From the NCBI GenBank assembly GCA_963676615.1, contig OY781092.1, forward strand, positions 1,184,001 to 1,248,000: a DNA stretch of 64,000 nt. The letters run 5' to 3'. The DNA comes from Candidatus Cloacimonadota bacterium (GTDB lineage Bacteria > Cloacimonadota > Cloacimonadia > G963667145). Positions within the stretch are counted from its first letter, which is position 1, and every line of letters starts with the position of its first letter. Below, one piece after another: positions 23,945-34,400 of this stretch. The position numbers and the translations under genes are program-made. Below the pieces are notes generated by a model. It searched no databases, was not told where the DNA came from, and worked only from the letters and a program-made list of their open reading frames with translations.

Positions 23945-23988
23945 CCTCACTTGTCCTTTTTTTACTCTCCACGATTTTCAAAATCTTT

Positions 23989-24630
23989 TTACACATAAAC
24001 CGAATATTTTTTTTCTAGCCTGCCAAAAACATTCACAATTACCGATGTAAACAGAAGATAGATGGCAGCCGCCAGCAAAAACGGCAAGATGTTAAAATCG
24101 CGCGAGAACAGCTCTTTGGCGCAACGCAGCAGGTCGCCCATTCCGATAATCGCCACCAAAGCGGTGTCTTTGATCAAAGTAATCGCCTCGTTGCAAGTCG
24201 CGGGCAAAACACGCCGAGCCGTCTGCGGCAAAATCACCCTGCTCATCATCTGCCAATAGCTCATCCCCAGCGCTTTGGACACCTCGTATTGCCCCTTGTC
24301 GATCGACTGGATGCCGCCGCGATAAATCTCGGTGAAATACGCCGCATAGTTGAAAACATAGGTGATGACCGCCGCCACAAAAGGCGTGAGGCTGACCCCG
24401 AAAATCGACAAGCCGAAATAGACGAAAAAAAGTTGCAAAAGTAGCGGCGTGCCTCGCACAACCCAAGTGTAGAAGCCGATAATCCGCGCGGGCAAAGCTC
24501 CCAGCGACAACTTTCCCAGAGCGAGCAAAATCCCCAGCGGAATCGCCAAAACAATCGTAACCGCATACAAACTCAAGGTGATACCGCATCCTTTAATCAA
24601 ATACAGCAGCGTATTCAGCAAATATTCCAA
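23989..24630 (-). CDS. Polar amino-acid ABC transporter permease
   Basis: RGTPLLLQLF, EIYRGGIQSIDKGQYE EAA loop, LIKDTAL; TTG start after AAGGAG. Confidence 0.92.
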   Translation of the reverse strand: MEYLLNTLLYLIKGCGITLSLYAVTIVLAIPLGILLALGKLSLGALPARIIGFYTWVVRGTPLLLQLFFVYFGLSIFGVSLTPFVAAVITYVFNYAAYFTEIYRGGIQSIDKGQYEVSKALGMSYWQMMSRVILPQTARRVLPATCNEAITLIKDTALVAIIGMGDLLRCAKELFSRDFNILPFLLAAAIYLLFTSVIVNVFGRLEKKYSVYV

Positions 24631-24728
24631 AACAACTCCTTTTTTTTCGGCAAAATTCATATAAAAAACCGCCTAATCACTTCCGAACAAGTCAGAGACG
24701 AAATAGGCGGTCGTCAACAAAAATCGAT

Positions 24729-25514
24729 TTATTTCAGAAGCACCGACTGCCCAAACCATTGTTGCGAAATTTCGTCGGCTGTGCCGTCTTGCTTTAGCTG
24801 CTCGATCGCGCCGCTAAGCTGTTTCACGAGCTCCTTGTCCGCTTTTCGCATCCCCACGCCATACTCCTCTTGTCCCAAATTTTCGTCCAAAACAACATAC
24901 ATTCCAGGCTTTTTGGCGATGTAATAGCGCCCAACAATCTCGTCCACAACCACCGCATCGATCCTGCCAGCTGCCAAATCCATCAGCGCCTCGGTGTTGT
25001 TGCTATATTTGCGCTCGTCCTTGATGGCGCTCTTCACGCCAGCGTTGCTATCCAGCGCTTTTTGACTGGAAGATCCAAGCTGCAAACCGACAACTTTTCC
25101 GCTCAAATCAGCCAGCGACTTTATCGGCGAGCCAGCTTGCACCACCACGATTTGCCCGTTTGCCATATAAGCAGGCGAAAACGCAATCCGCTGCTTGCGC
25201 TCGTCGGTAATGGTCAAGCCGTTCCAAATCACATCGATATCGCCCTTGTTCAGCGACATCACGATGCCGTCCCAATCCACAGGCTTGAACTCAGCCCGCA
25301 AGCCCAATTTCGCTGCGGCAGCTTTTGCCAAATCGATGTCGAAGCCCACAATCTCGCCGTTCTCGCCACGGAATCCCATCGGCGGAAAATTATCGTCCAA
25401 ACCAACGACAATCACGCCCTTTTCCTTAATCTGCTTCCAGCTATCCTGATTTTCGTTGCAACCAAACGCCAGCAGCACGCACACCGCAAAAAACAATTCC
25501 AAAATCTTTTTCAT
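24729..25514 (-). CDS. Polar amino-acid ABC transporter substrate-binding lipoprotein
   Basis: Lipobox AFGC; FPPMGF, GFDIDLA, EEYGVGMRK (SBP family 3). Confidence 0.92.
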   Translation of the reverse strand: MKKILELFFAVCVLLAFGCNENQDSWKQIKEKGVIVVGLDDNFPPMGFRGENGEIVGFDIDLAKAAAAKLGLRAEFKPVDWDGIVMSLNKGDIDVIWNGLTITDERKQRIAFSPAYMANGQIVVVQAGSPIKSLADLSGKVVGLQLGSSSQKALDSNAGVKSAIKDERKYSNNTEALMDLAAGRIDAVVVDEIVGRYYIAKKPGMYVVLDENLGQEEYGVGMRKADKELVKQLSGAIEQLKQDGTADEISQQWFGQSVLLK

Positions 25515-25687
25515 TTTTTCGTCCTCTCTTTCTTTATTTTTGATAAAAGCAGAAAAACGCTCCCCAGTCACAAGGTCAACATAATTTTTTTGGGAAGATG
25601 ACGACGACGATTTCCCAAAAACAAATTGACACAAAATTGCAAAGTTGCGAAATAAAGCGACAAATTATCAAAAAAGGATAGTCCAAA

Positions 25688-26209
25688 ATGAAAAGAATTG
25701 TTGAAGCAATCAAAAAAGATTTAGAAAGTAAAAATTATTATAGCGCTACTTATGTAAGCCTTTCATTAGTCGACGCTTGTGCAAAAATCGAATATCCAGT
25801 CATAACTAATAACAAAGCGCGTTATATTGAGTGGCTAAAAAATTTTTTCATCCCATTGCATGAAAGAGATAAAGATAACCCAATGCTTCCTTCTAAAGAC
25901 ATTTATCATTTTAGATGTTCAATATTACATGAAAGTTCAACCTCAATAAATCTTAACAAACAATCTGATTACAATAAAAAAAATATCCAAAATTTCATTT
26001 TAACAACAACTAGTTCCCACAGAAATGTAGCTATATCTGGCAAATTTAAAGAAATACAAATAAACATACATAAATTTATTGAAGAAATTTTAGAAAGCAT
26101 TGAAGTTTGGATGAGCAAAAAAAAAGAAGAAGAATACAAATTAGACTTCACAATAGAAGAAAAAAAATGGAGTTCTAGTGATTCTAAACAATTTTATAAT
26201 TGTTCTTAA
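25688..26209 (+). CDS. Hypothetical protein, HEPN-like (RxxxxH)
   Basis: AT-rich, predicted helical 173 aa with IYHFRCSILHE; upstream TTGACA and AAGGA SD. Confidence 0.6.
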   Translation: MKRIVEAIKKDLESKNYYSATYVSLSLVDACAKIEYPVITNNKARYIEWLKNFFIPLHERDKDNPMLPSKDIYHFRCSILHESSTSINLNKQSDYNKKNIQNFILTTTSSHRNVAISGKFKEIQINIHKFIEEILESIEVWMSKKKEEEYKLDFTIEEKKWSSSDSKQFYNCS

Positions 26210-26272
26210 AACAAAATCAATAATCCCCATTACCTATTTGACACATTTTCCGCCTTAAGACACCCTGCTCCT

Positions 26273-27436
26273 ATGAACAAAATCGTTTTTTATTTGTGCA
26301 AAAATTTTTTCACCGCCAAACAAAAAAAATGGCTCAACTTCGACTTCGGCTTTATGGTCACGGGCATCGTCATCTCGGTGGCTGTGCTGACTTGTGCTAT
26401 GAGCATTTTCGACGGCTATCAAAGCGCGTTGCGAAAGCTTTTCTCCAGCATCACACCCGAAATCACCGTCTTTGACACAAACCTAAACCTTTCCGAAAAT
26501 AGCAAAATCGCCAAATATTCCGAAATCGGCTACGCCAGCGGACTTGTCGGCTCTTCCAAAAACAGCAAATCCGCACTCGTGCAAGGCATCGAACCCGACA
26601 AAGCGCCTTTCGCCTATCGAGAGTTCATCGCAGAAGGTAGCGGAAATCTGGACTCCGCCTACCAAATCGTGCTCGGCAAACCGCTGGCAGAAGCGCTGGA
26701 TGTCGGCGTCGGCGACCAAATCACGCTCTGCGCATCGTTCGTCCCCAAATTCACGCCGATGGGCATCCGCTACGACCAAAAAGTTTGCCAAATCGTCGGC
26801 ATCTACTCCAGCGGATTCTCGCAACACGACCAAACCGTCGCTTTCCTCCGCTTGCGCGATTTCCAAAAAATTTTTGCCAATAACCAAGCCTCATATTGCA
26901 CTGGCATCCGCCTAAAAAACCCCAAATTTCTGGACGAAGTCGTCGCAGAATTACACCAACAACTTTTACCAACAGTGCCGTGGAACCGCCAAAACGAAAA
27001 ATTTTTCGCCTTTTTGCAATTCCAAAAATTTATGCTCTTTGCCATCCTCTGCCTTTTGGTCGTTGTCGCCTGCCTTGGCGTAGTGAACAATGTGCTGGTT
27101 TTCGTCCACTGCTCCAAAACCGAAATCGGCGTTTTCAAATCTTTTGGGATGCCGCACAAAGCCATTAAGCGCACATTTTTCTGCAAAATCTTCGGCATCG
27201 CCATCGCGGGAATTTTTGCAGGGCAAGCCCTCGGCTACACTTTCGCCTACATCCTCTCCAAACAAAGCCTCTACCTGCTTGACCAAAGCGTTTACCTGAT
27301 TTCGCACATCCAAACCTCGCTGAACTGGCAGTCGTTCCTGCTCATTTTTTTCGTCAGCAGCCTCATCATCTATTTCGCAGTTTGGACGCCCCTAAACAAA
27401 ATAAAAAAAATGGAAATAAGAGATATTTTAAAATGA
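26273..27436 (+). CDS. LolC/E (FtsX/MacB-like) ABC transporter permease
   Basis: TM1 GIVISVAVL, periplasmic VLGKPLAEALDVGVGD, EIGVFKSFG and three C-terminal TMs. Confidence 0.85.
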   Translation: MNKIVFYLCKNFFTAKQKKWLNFDFGFMVTGIVISVAVLTCAMSIFDGYQSALRKLFSSITPEITVFDTNLNLSENSKIAKYSEIGYASGLVGSSKNSKSALVQGIEPDKAPFAYREFIAEGSGNLDSAYQIVLGKPLAEALDVGVGDQITLCASFVPKFTPMGIRYDQKVCQIVGIYSSGFSQHDQTVAFLRLRDFQKIFANNQASYCTGIRLKNPKFLDEVVAELHQQLLPTVPWNRQNEKFFAFLQFQKFMLFAILCLLVVVACLGVVNNVLVFVHCSKTEIGVFKSFGMPHKAIKRTFFCKIFGIAIAGIFAGQALGYTFAYILSKQSLYLLDQSVYLISHIQTSLNWQSFLLIFFVSSLIIYFAVWTPLNKIKKMEIRDILK

Positions 27437-29109
27437 AAAAAATAAAAAAAATCGTCGTTACCCAAGGCGACCCAGCTGGCGTCGGAGCCGAGATTATCGA
27501 AAAGGCGTTTCGCTTTCGCAAATTGCACCAAGACGCTGCCTACATTATCTATGGACATATCAAAAATCTGGAAGCCGAAAAAATCACGAGCATCGAGCAA
27601 GCCGACACTGCAGGACATCTCTACATTTTAGATTTCGGCAAACCAAATAGCCAAATCGGGCGACCAGACAAAGCGTCAGGCGAGTATAGCCTAAAAATTT
27701 TGCAGCGAGTTTTGCAAGACCAAGCACAAATCGACGCTGTCGTCACCTGTCCGATCAGCAAAGACGCCATCCGCCAGAGCCAGCGCGACTTCATCGGGCA
27801 CACCGAATTTTTCGCCCAAGGTCGTCATCCTTTCGTAATGAGCTTTTTCGGTCCTTACTTCAACCTCGCTTTGCTCACCACCCATCTGGCTTTGCACGAA
27901 ATCGAGTCCACTCTCAGCGAAGATTTTTTTAAAGAAAAAGTGCGGATAATTTTCCAAAATTGTCAAAAATTCCTCGATAAACCAAAACTGGCAATGCTCG
28001 CAGTCAATCCGCACGCTGGCGAAAACGGAGCGTTCGGCGACATCGACCAAAAAATCGAAAAGTGGCTGGCGGAGCTTAAAATTTCCGAAAAAATCGAAAT
28101 CGACGGTCCGTTTCCTGCCGACACATTTTTCGCCTATAAAGCCACCGAATATCAGATGGTTATCTCCGCCTATCACGACCAAGGGCTCGTGCCGTTCAAG
28201 ATGCTCTCCAAAGGAAAAGGCGTCAACACCACGCTGGGCTTGCCTTTTGTCCGCACCTCCGTCGATCACGGAACGGCTTGCGACATCGCTGGCAAAAATA
28301 TCGCAGACCCCGGCAGCCTTGGTTCCGCTCTCGATTTTGCCGAAAAATGCCTGAAGTTACCCAGCGAGGAAATCGGCTCCTACTCGCACCTCGCGGCGAT
28401 CTACGACGATTATATGCGCCATGTCCGCTACCAAGATTGGGCGGATTTTGCCATTGAGAGCTATCAAAAAATTTGCGGTAAAAAGCCACAAAAAATTTTG
28501 GAACTCGCCTGCGGAACCGCCAACATCTCCTGTCTTTTGATCGAAAAAGGTTACCGCGTGGTTGGCGAAGATATCAGCCCGCAAATGCTCAAAATCGCAG
28601 AAGGGAAACCGCATCATCCAGAATTGCGACTGGATAATATGCTGCAAAGCCGCGGCGAAACTGGCTTTGAGCTGACTTTACTGATGTTCGACAGCCTAAA
28701 CTACCTTGGCTCAAAAAAGCAAGTCAGCCAGCTCCTTTTGGCGGCACACAGCCGCACCGCAAGCGGCGGCGTCTTCGTTTTCGATGTCTCCACGCTCAAA
28801 AATTGCCAAGACAATTTCGACGGGCTACTCGATTATCAGCAAAACGACGGGCAATTTGTGATGCAAGAGTGCTTTTTGGACGGCGACACCCAAGTCACCA
28901 AATTCCACTTTTTCGCCAAAAACGGCTTCCTCTACGACTCTTGCGTCGAAACTCACCAGCAAAAAATCTACTCCTGCCAAACGCTCATTGAGCTTATTGA
29001 AAAATCTCCGTGGAACCTGCAAGGCGTTTACGCTCAAGGCAAACTTTTACAAAATTTCGAGCGAGCCGACGACGAAGAAAGGCTGTTTTTCGTTTTGCAA
29101 AAAGACTAA
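27433..29109 (+). CDS. pdxA: 4-hydroxythreonine-4-phosphate dehydrogenase PdxA fused to a class I SAM methyltransferase
   Basis: TQGDPAGVGAE, GHTE, NPHAGE, PADT, YHDQG and RTSVDHGTA, then ILELACGTA and FDSLNYL; ATGA overlap with the upstream gene. Confidence 0.88.
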   Translation: MKKIKKIVVTQGDPAGVGAEIIEKAFRFRKLHQDAAYIIYGHIKNLEAEKITSIEQADTAGHLYILDFGKPNSQIGRPDKASGEYSLKILQRVLQDQAQIDAVVTCPISKDAIRQSQRDFIGHTEFFAQGRHPFVMSFFGPYFNLALLTTHLALHEIESTLSEDFFKEKVRIIFQNCQKFLDKPKLAMLAVNPHAGENGAFGDIDQKIEKWLAELKISEKIEIDGPFPADTFFAYKATEYQMVISAYHDQGLVPFKMLSKGKGVNTTLGLPFVRTSVDHGTACDIAGKNIADPGSLGSALDFAEKCLKLPSEEIGSYSHLAAIYDDYMRHVRYQDWADFAIESYQKICGKKPQKILELACGTANISCLLIEKGYRVVGEDISPQMLKIAEGKPHHPELRLDNMLQSRGETGFELTLLMFDSLNYLGSKKQVSQLLLAAHSRTASGGVFVFDVSTLKNCQDNFDGLLDYQQNDGQFVMQECFLDGDTQVTKFHFFAKNGFLYDSCVETHQQKIYSCQTLIELIEKSPWNLQGVYAQGKLLQNFERADDEERLFFVLQKD

Positions 29110-31436
29110 TCTTCCAGCGTGTAATCTGTCCACTGGCGAGCGCTTTTGTAGGTCTTAAAGTGCGCAGAATAGCCATCGGTCGAGATTTCAATTGCGCCGC
29201 TTTTGCCCGTGATGAGCAGATTGTCTTGCAAAAATTCGTAGCTTTGCAAAGTTTTGTTGTGCGGAAAGTTAAACCGATTTTTTATCGAAGTGAAGATGAA
29301 GGCGTATTCTGGGCTGACCTCTTTGATGAACGCTTTGGTGCTGGACGACTTGCTGCCGTGATGCCCAACTTTGAGCAAATCGCAGTCCAAATCGAATCTG
29401 GGTAGCATAAACTCCTCGCCCTCTTTTTCCAAATCGCCGGTGAGCAGCGCCGAAAATTCCCGATAATCGACCCGCAAAACTATCGACATATTGTTGATGT
29501 CCGCGTCCCAAAAATCTTTGGCTGGATGCAGCACCTTGATGCTCAAATCCCGCTCGGCAAGGAGCGTCGTCGTATCTTCCAAAATCAAAAGCTGGCTTCC
29601 CTCTTTCTGCACCGCCGCTGCAAATGCGTCCCAAATTTTGCTCCTGCAAAAATTTCTGCTGACCACAACTTTGCGAACATCAAGCTCCGCAAAAGCGTGC
29701 CAAACTCCTCCAAAATGGTCGTTGTGAGCGTGGGTAATCACCAGATAATCGATCTGCCGAACGCCTCTGTCGGCTAGATACGGAAGCGCCGTCTTGCGAA
29801 AACTCCGCACGAAATCTGGCGGTCCGACATCGACAAAAATATTTTCGCCGCGCGGCGTGGTTATCAGCGTCATATCGCCCAAACCGCAGTCAAAAAAAGT
29901 GATGCGCAAATCTCTTTTGCCGCCCAAAAAGAAAAAACTCCACGGCAAAATCGCCAAAAATAGCGACAAAATTGCCAGCTTCAACTTCCGCTTCTTCCAA
30001 AAAATATAGCCAGCCAAAGCGACAAACCCCAACGATATCAGCCAATTCAGCGAATGGGAGCTGCTGATATTGGCAAAATAAAAGGGGAAATTGGCGAAAA
30101 TCTCGACCACCCGAAACAAAATATCGATGAGGAAATTGAGCGCCAAACTGTAGCTCTGCCAGAGCGGAGAGGGCAAAATCAGACTGACCAAACTCAAAGG
30201 AACGATTAACATCACCAGCGGGATGCAAAGCAGGTTAGCGAAGACGGAATTGAAATTGATTTGGTTGAAATAAAAAAGCGTCAGAGGCATCATCACCACG
30301 CACAAAATCAGCGAACAGAGCATCGAGCTAAGCAAAATTGTCGCCACTTTGTTTAGCAGTTTTCGGCTTTCCCGCGGCTTCGTTCCGCCCAAGCACACAT
30401 AAAATTTCGGCACCAAATTCGCCAAAATCAGCACCGACAAAAACGAGAGCTGAAAGCTGAGCGCCAAGGCGTATTGCGGTCTTGCCAGCAGGATAATCAA
30501 GCCAGAAGCCGCCACGATGTTGTCCAGCACCAAAATCCGCTCCAAATGAAACGCCCACAAACTCAGGACAATCATCAGCGCCGCGCGAGTCACAGACGGC
30601 GAAAAATCGCAAAGAGCCGCGTAAAATATCAAAAAAAGCGCCGTGAGCAGATAAACCACGCCGAGCCTGTTGCAAAACATCCGCAAAAACAGCATCATTA
30701 CAAACGAGATAAACCCGATGTGCAGCCCGCTGATTGCCAAAATGTGCGCCACTCCAGCTTTGGTGAAATTTGTCCGCAAGCTCTCATCGTCCAAATCTTT
30801 GCCCAGCAAAATCGTTTGCATAAATCTTGCGTTTTTGCCGCATCTTTGCTCGATTCTGGCGAGCAAAAACTTCCGTATTTTGTAAACAAACCGCTGAACG
30901 AAATTGCCTTTTTGCGCCTTGACCACCAGCACGCTTTTGGCGTCTGCAAGAGTGTAAATATTTTTTTGCGCCAAATATTGTGCGTAGCTAAAACCGCTGG
31001 GATTGCTCGCCCCCTCTGGCTTTTGCAGCTGTGCGACCCCAAAGACTACCTGCCCATATCGCAAATCTGACTGCTGAGCGCGCATCTTCACTAGGCCTTC
31101 AAAATTTTCTCCAGCGACGCTGTCCACCCGCAAAACGAAGCTGTAAAAATCGTTTTGCTGATTATACTCCACCTGCGAGACGATCTGCCCACTAACTGCC
31201 TGCACCACAGGCGTTTTGAGGTAATTTCGCAAATCATTATAAGGAACTTTTTCCTGAATCCACAAGCTGCCCAAAGCAAAAAATGCGCAAAAGATTAACA
31301 AAGGTTTTGAAAAAAAGTAGCCCAAAACCGCAAAAAGCAAAACCAGCCAAAAATAAACTAGCCCAAACGGAAAATTTTGCCCCCAAAAAATCCCCGTGAG
31401 CAAAAAGAAGAACGGAAGAAATAACGGGGCTTTCAT
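29106..31436 (-). CDS. comEC: DNA internalization competence protein ComEC/Rec2
   Basis: HILAISGLH competence domain, SPSVTRA, MBL domain THAHNDHFGG and KVGHHGS. Confidence 0.95.
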   Translation of the reverse strand: MKAPLFLPFFFLLTGIFWGQNFPFGLVYFWLVLLFAVLGYFFSKPLLIFCAFFALGSLWIQEKVPYNDLRNYLKTPVVQAVSGQIVSQVEYNQQNDFYSFVLRVDSVAGENFEGLVKMRAQQSDLRYGQVVFGVAQLQKPEGASNPSGFSYAQYLAQKNIYTLADAKSVLVVKAQKGNFVQRFVYKIRKFLLARIEQRCGKNARFMQTILLGKDLDDESLRTNFTKAGVAHILAISGLHIGFISFVMMLFLRMFCNRLGVVYLLTALFLIFYAALCDFSPSVTRAALMIVLSLWAFHLERILVLDNIVAASGLIILLARPQYALALSFQLSFLSVLILANLVPKFYVCLGGTKPRESRKLLNKVATILLSSMLCSLILCVVMMPLTLFYFNQINFNSVFANLLCIPLVMLIVPLSLVSLILPSPLWQSYSLALNFLIDILFRVVEIFANFPFYFANISSSHSLNWLISLGFVALAGYIFWKKRKLKLAILSLFLAILPWSFFFLGGKRDLRITFFDCGLGDMTLITTPRGENIFVDVGPPDFVRSFRKTALPYLADRGVRQIDYLVITHAHNDHFGGVWHAFAELDVRKVVVSRNFCRSKIWDAFAAAVQKEGSQLLILEDTTTLLAERDLSIKVLHPAKDFWDADINNMSIVLRVDYREFSALLTGDLEKEGEEFMLPRFDLDCDLLKVGHHGSKSSSTKAFIKEVSPEYAFIFTSIKNRFNFPHNKTLQSYEFLQDNLLITGKSGAIEISTDGYSAHFKTYKSARQWTDYTLED

Positions 31437-31442
31437 TTTTCT

Positions 31443-34400
31443 CTAAAAATCTATCGATTTGCGCAAGTTGAGCTCGTATAAGTTTTTTTCGACATCCTCG
31501 CTAAAATTGTAATTGTATTGAAATCGAAAATTGTAGGGCAAAATATATCTGAAGCCAACTTTCTGATTTAACAGGAGCTTACGCTTTTCCACCAGCGGGT
31601 CGTCCGACTCCTCAACTTTGAACTCCGAGACGACAAAAAGCCGATTGGTCAGACTTTTCCCCAGCGAAATTTTCATCTTGTTCAGCAAAATATCGCTGCC
31701 GTCCATCGCCGTCTGCTCCTGATTTAGATTTTGCTGATTGTCGTAATCTTCCAAAATATTTTGCACGACATTCATTTTGATGCGGAACAAATCCAGCCGC
31801 AAAGCCCGCTGCAAGCTGTTTTCCACGGGCGAAATAAACAAATCCAGCACTTGCGACTGCACACCATCGCCCACAATTCCCAAAACCTGCGAGTTCATCG
31901 CCGCCTGCGCAGCTGCGCCCGTTTGGCTGTTATCCTGCGAAATATCATACTTCAGCGACGAGATGATTTGCATATCCGAGGTCAAATCTTTGTCGGTGCT
32001 CGCCAGCTCAATTTCGGTGTTTTTCGTCAGCGCAAATTTGCTCTTGTCTATCGTTTTCAAAAAAAGGCTCACTGTGCTACCATCGACGGCTATCGCTTCA
32101 AATTCTGCGTTCAAATCGAAAAGCGAGTTGGTTTGCGAGAGGAGCAAATCCACATTTTTCGCCGTAAAAACGCTGGAAAAAATCTCCATATCTCCGCTAG
32201 TTGAGCGAAATTCGCCCCTTGTCACCTGCCACTGGTCGTCTTTTTCGTAGCGGAAATCCAAAAAGCTGCCGCGGCTCACCAGCAGATTCATCGGATAAGT
32301 TTTGTAGTAAACATTGTCCTCGAAAAGCAGTTGCATCTCAATAAAAAACGGCAGCTTCACCGCTTTTTCTGGCTGCGAAATAGTGGCAGTTTCCGAGATC
32401 AAATTTAGCAAATTTCGAGACTTTTTGGGGAACATCGCCTGCGCATCAGAAATACAAAACTGGACGCTGATGAGCATATTGTCCGCAGGTCCCTGCACAA
32501 AAGCTTTTTCGCCGTCTTGCAGTCCCTTGACTCTCACCTTCCCGACAGCGTTATCGTCCATATAATCGGGATAGTTAAAGCTGACTTTGCCGCCGCTAGT
32601 CCAAAAATAGATTTTGCCCAAATTCAAATTTCCCAAGACCAAATTTTTGTCTGACTCGGCAAAATCGTTGCTAAAATTCAGCTTGCCCTCGCCAATGCGA
32701 GCTTGAAATTTCTGAACGAAGAGCGTGTCGTTGGAAATGCGCAAATCCATCTGAATATCTTCGGCGTCCTCTGGCTGGCTGGCGATCTCCATCTGCCCAT
32801 TTTTCAGGACAAACGCGCCCTCCTTGATACTCAAACCCTTGTCGGTCATCCCCAAATTCAGCGCCAGACGAGAGCTAGACTCTGGGCTTTTGATAAACGG
32901 CAAAAGCTGCGACAGATAGCGCAAAAAATCGCCTTGATAATACAGCTGGAGCTTTTTATCGGACGGAAAAAAAGATCCGCTGAGCAGATTATAGCCCAGC
33001 TCGCCTTTAATTGCAAGGCTCTCGTCGCTTTCCTCGTCGAAAAAATTAAACTGCGGCACGACCAAACTCTCTTTGTTCTGATAAAAATCCAAAAGCACCT
33101 TGGAAAATCGCAAATCCCGATAGCCAAAATCTCGGCACGCCAGTTTGCCCCGCAATGTCGGACTCGCCTGCGAATAATCAAGGCTCAGATCTCCATTCAC
33201 AACGCCAAACCAATCCCGCTGGCTCTCCGCCTGTAACTTATTCAAATCCAGACTGTTAACAACAATATTGCCCTTCACAGACAAAGCAGAATCGGACAAA
33301 ATCTTGCCCTTAGCAAAAATTACCGTGTCTTCTCCGCAAATAAGCTCCGCCTCCTTTACCTGCAAAGAGTCTAGACTCCCTTGCAAGCCAAAATTCGCAT
33401 CGACGCCCTGCCACCTGCCATAGCTCACATTTTTCGCCTTCGCCCGCAAATCAAGCTCGCCACTGCCTGCCACCTGAAGACTCAGGCTCAATTTTCCGTT
33501 CAAATTTTGCGAAAAAAGCTCCTGCGGAAAATATTTTTGCCACCGAGCCAGCGACAAAGACTCCGCCACCAAAAATCCGCTGCAGCGATACCTCTTTTGC
33601 TTGGTCAACAAAAACTTCCCTCGCAACTTTTCGTTCAGCACCAAATCGTCCACCATCAAGCTGTCAAAGCTGCCCTGCGCGTGCAAATCGAGCTCAAAAA
33701 GATTGTAGTTAAAAGTCGCCTTGTAACTCCGCAGCCGCATATCCAGCTGCCCTTGCTCAAAATCGTAGAGAAACTGACTGCCAAAAGAGCCGCTGACCAG
33801 TCCGTAGTAGGAATCTTCCAAAAAAATGTCGATTTTGGAATGCAAAACTTTTTTGCGCAAAAAGCCCGCAGAAGACACCCTGCAAAGCGGCAGATAGCGG
33901 TTTTTGTGCTTCAAAAGCAGATTTGGATCGAACTCTTGCGACCTAAAATTCACCGCACAACTATCGGCAAAAATGTTGCCCGAAAAATCGAAATTCGCAA
34001 GGCTATCTCGCAGCTGCAACGACGCCGAAAAATCGCTGCCGAGCAAATGGCCCTGCAGCGTTGCCGAATCGATGACGAAATTTTTGCTACTCGCCTGCAA
34101 TTTTTCCCCAAAAAAATCTGCCTGAAATCCCACAGATTTGTCCCACGAAGCCAAAAATTTGAGAGAACTTTGCAAGCGAAAATCTTTTTCCTGCACCACG
34201 AACGACTCGTCGGCAAGCGAAAACGAAAAGCTTTTGTAATCGGTCACAAAGTCGCCGCTGAGCTTGTTTCCCAGCCAAAAAGCGCGCTGAATTTCCCAAG
34301 AAATCTCATCATTTTGGCGACTCCGCTTCGCATAAATGTCGTCTATTTGCAATTGATTGCCCAGCCTCACATTTGCAAACAGCTGCATATCCGTCTGCAA

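Noticed and set aside
25515..25687. Possible T-box leader for the amino-acid ABC genes
   Set aside because: No T-box (GGTGGNACC) sequence; only a short ttttgggaa/ttcccaaaa hairpin.
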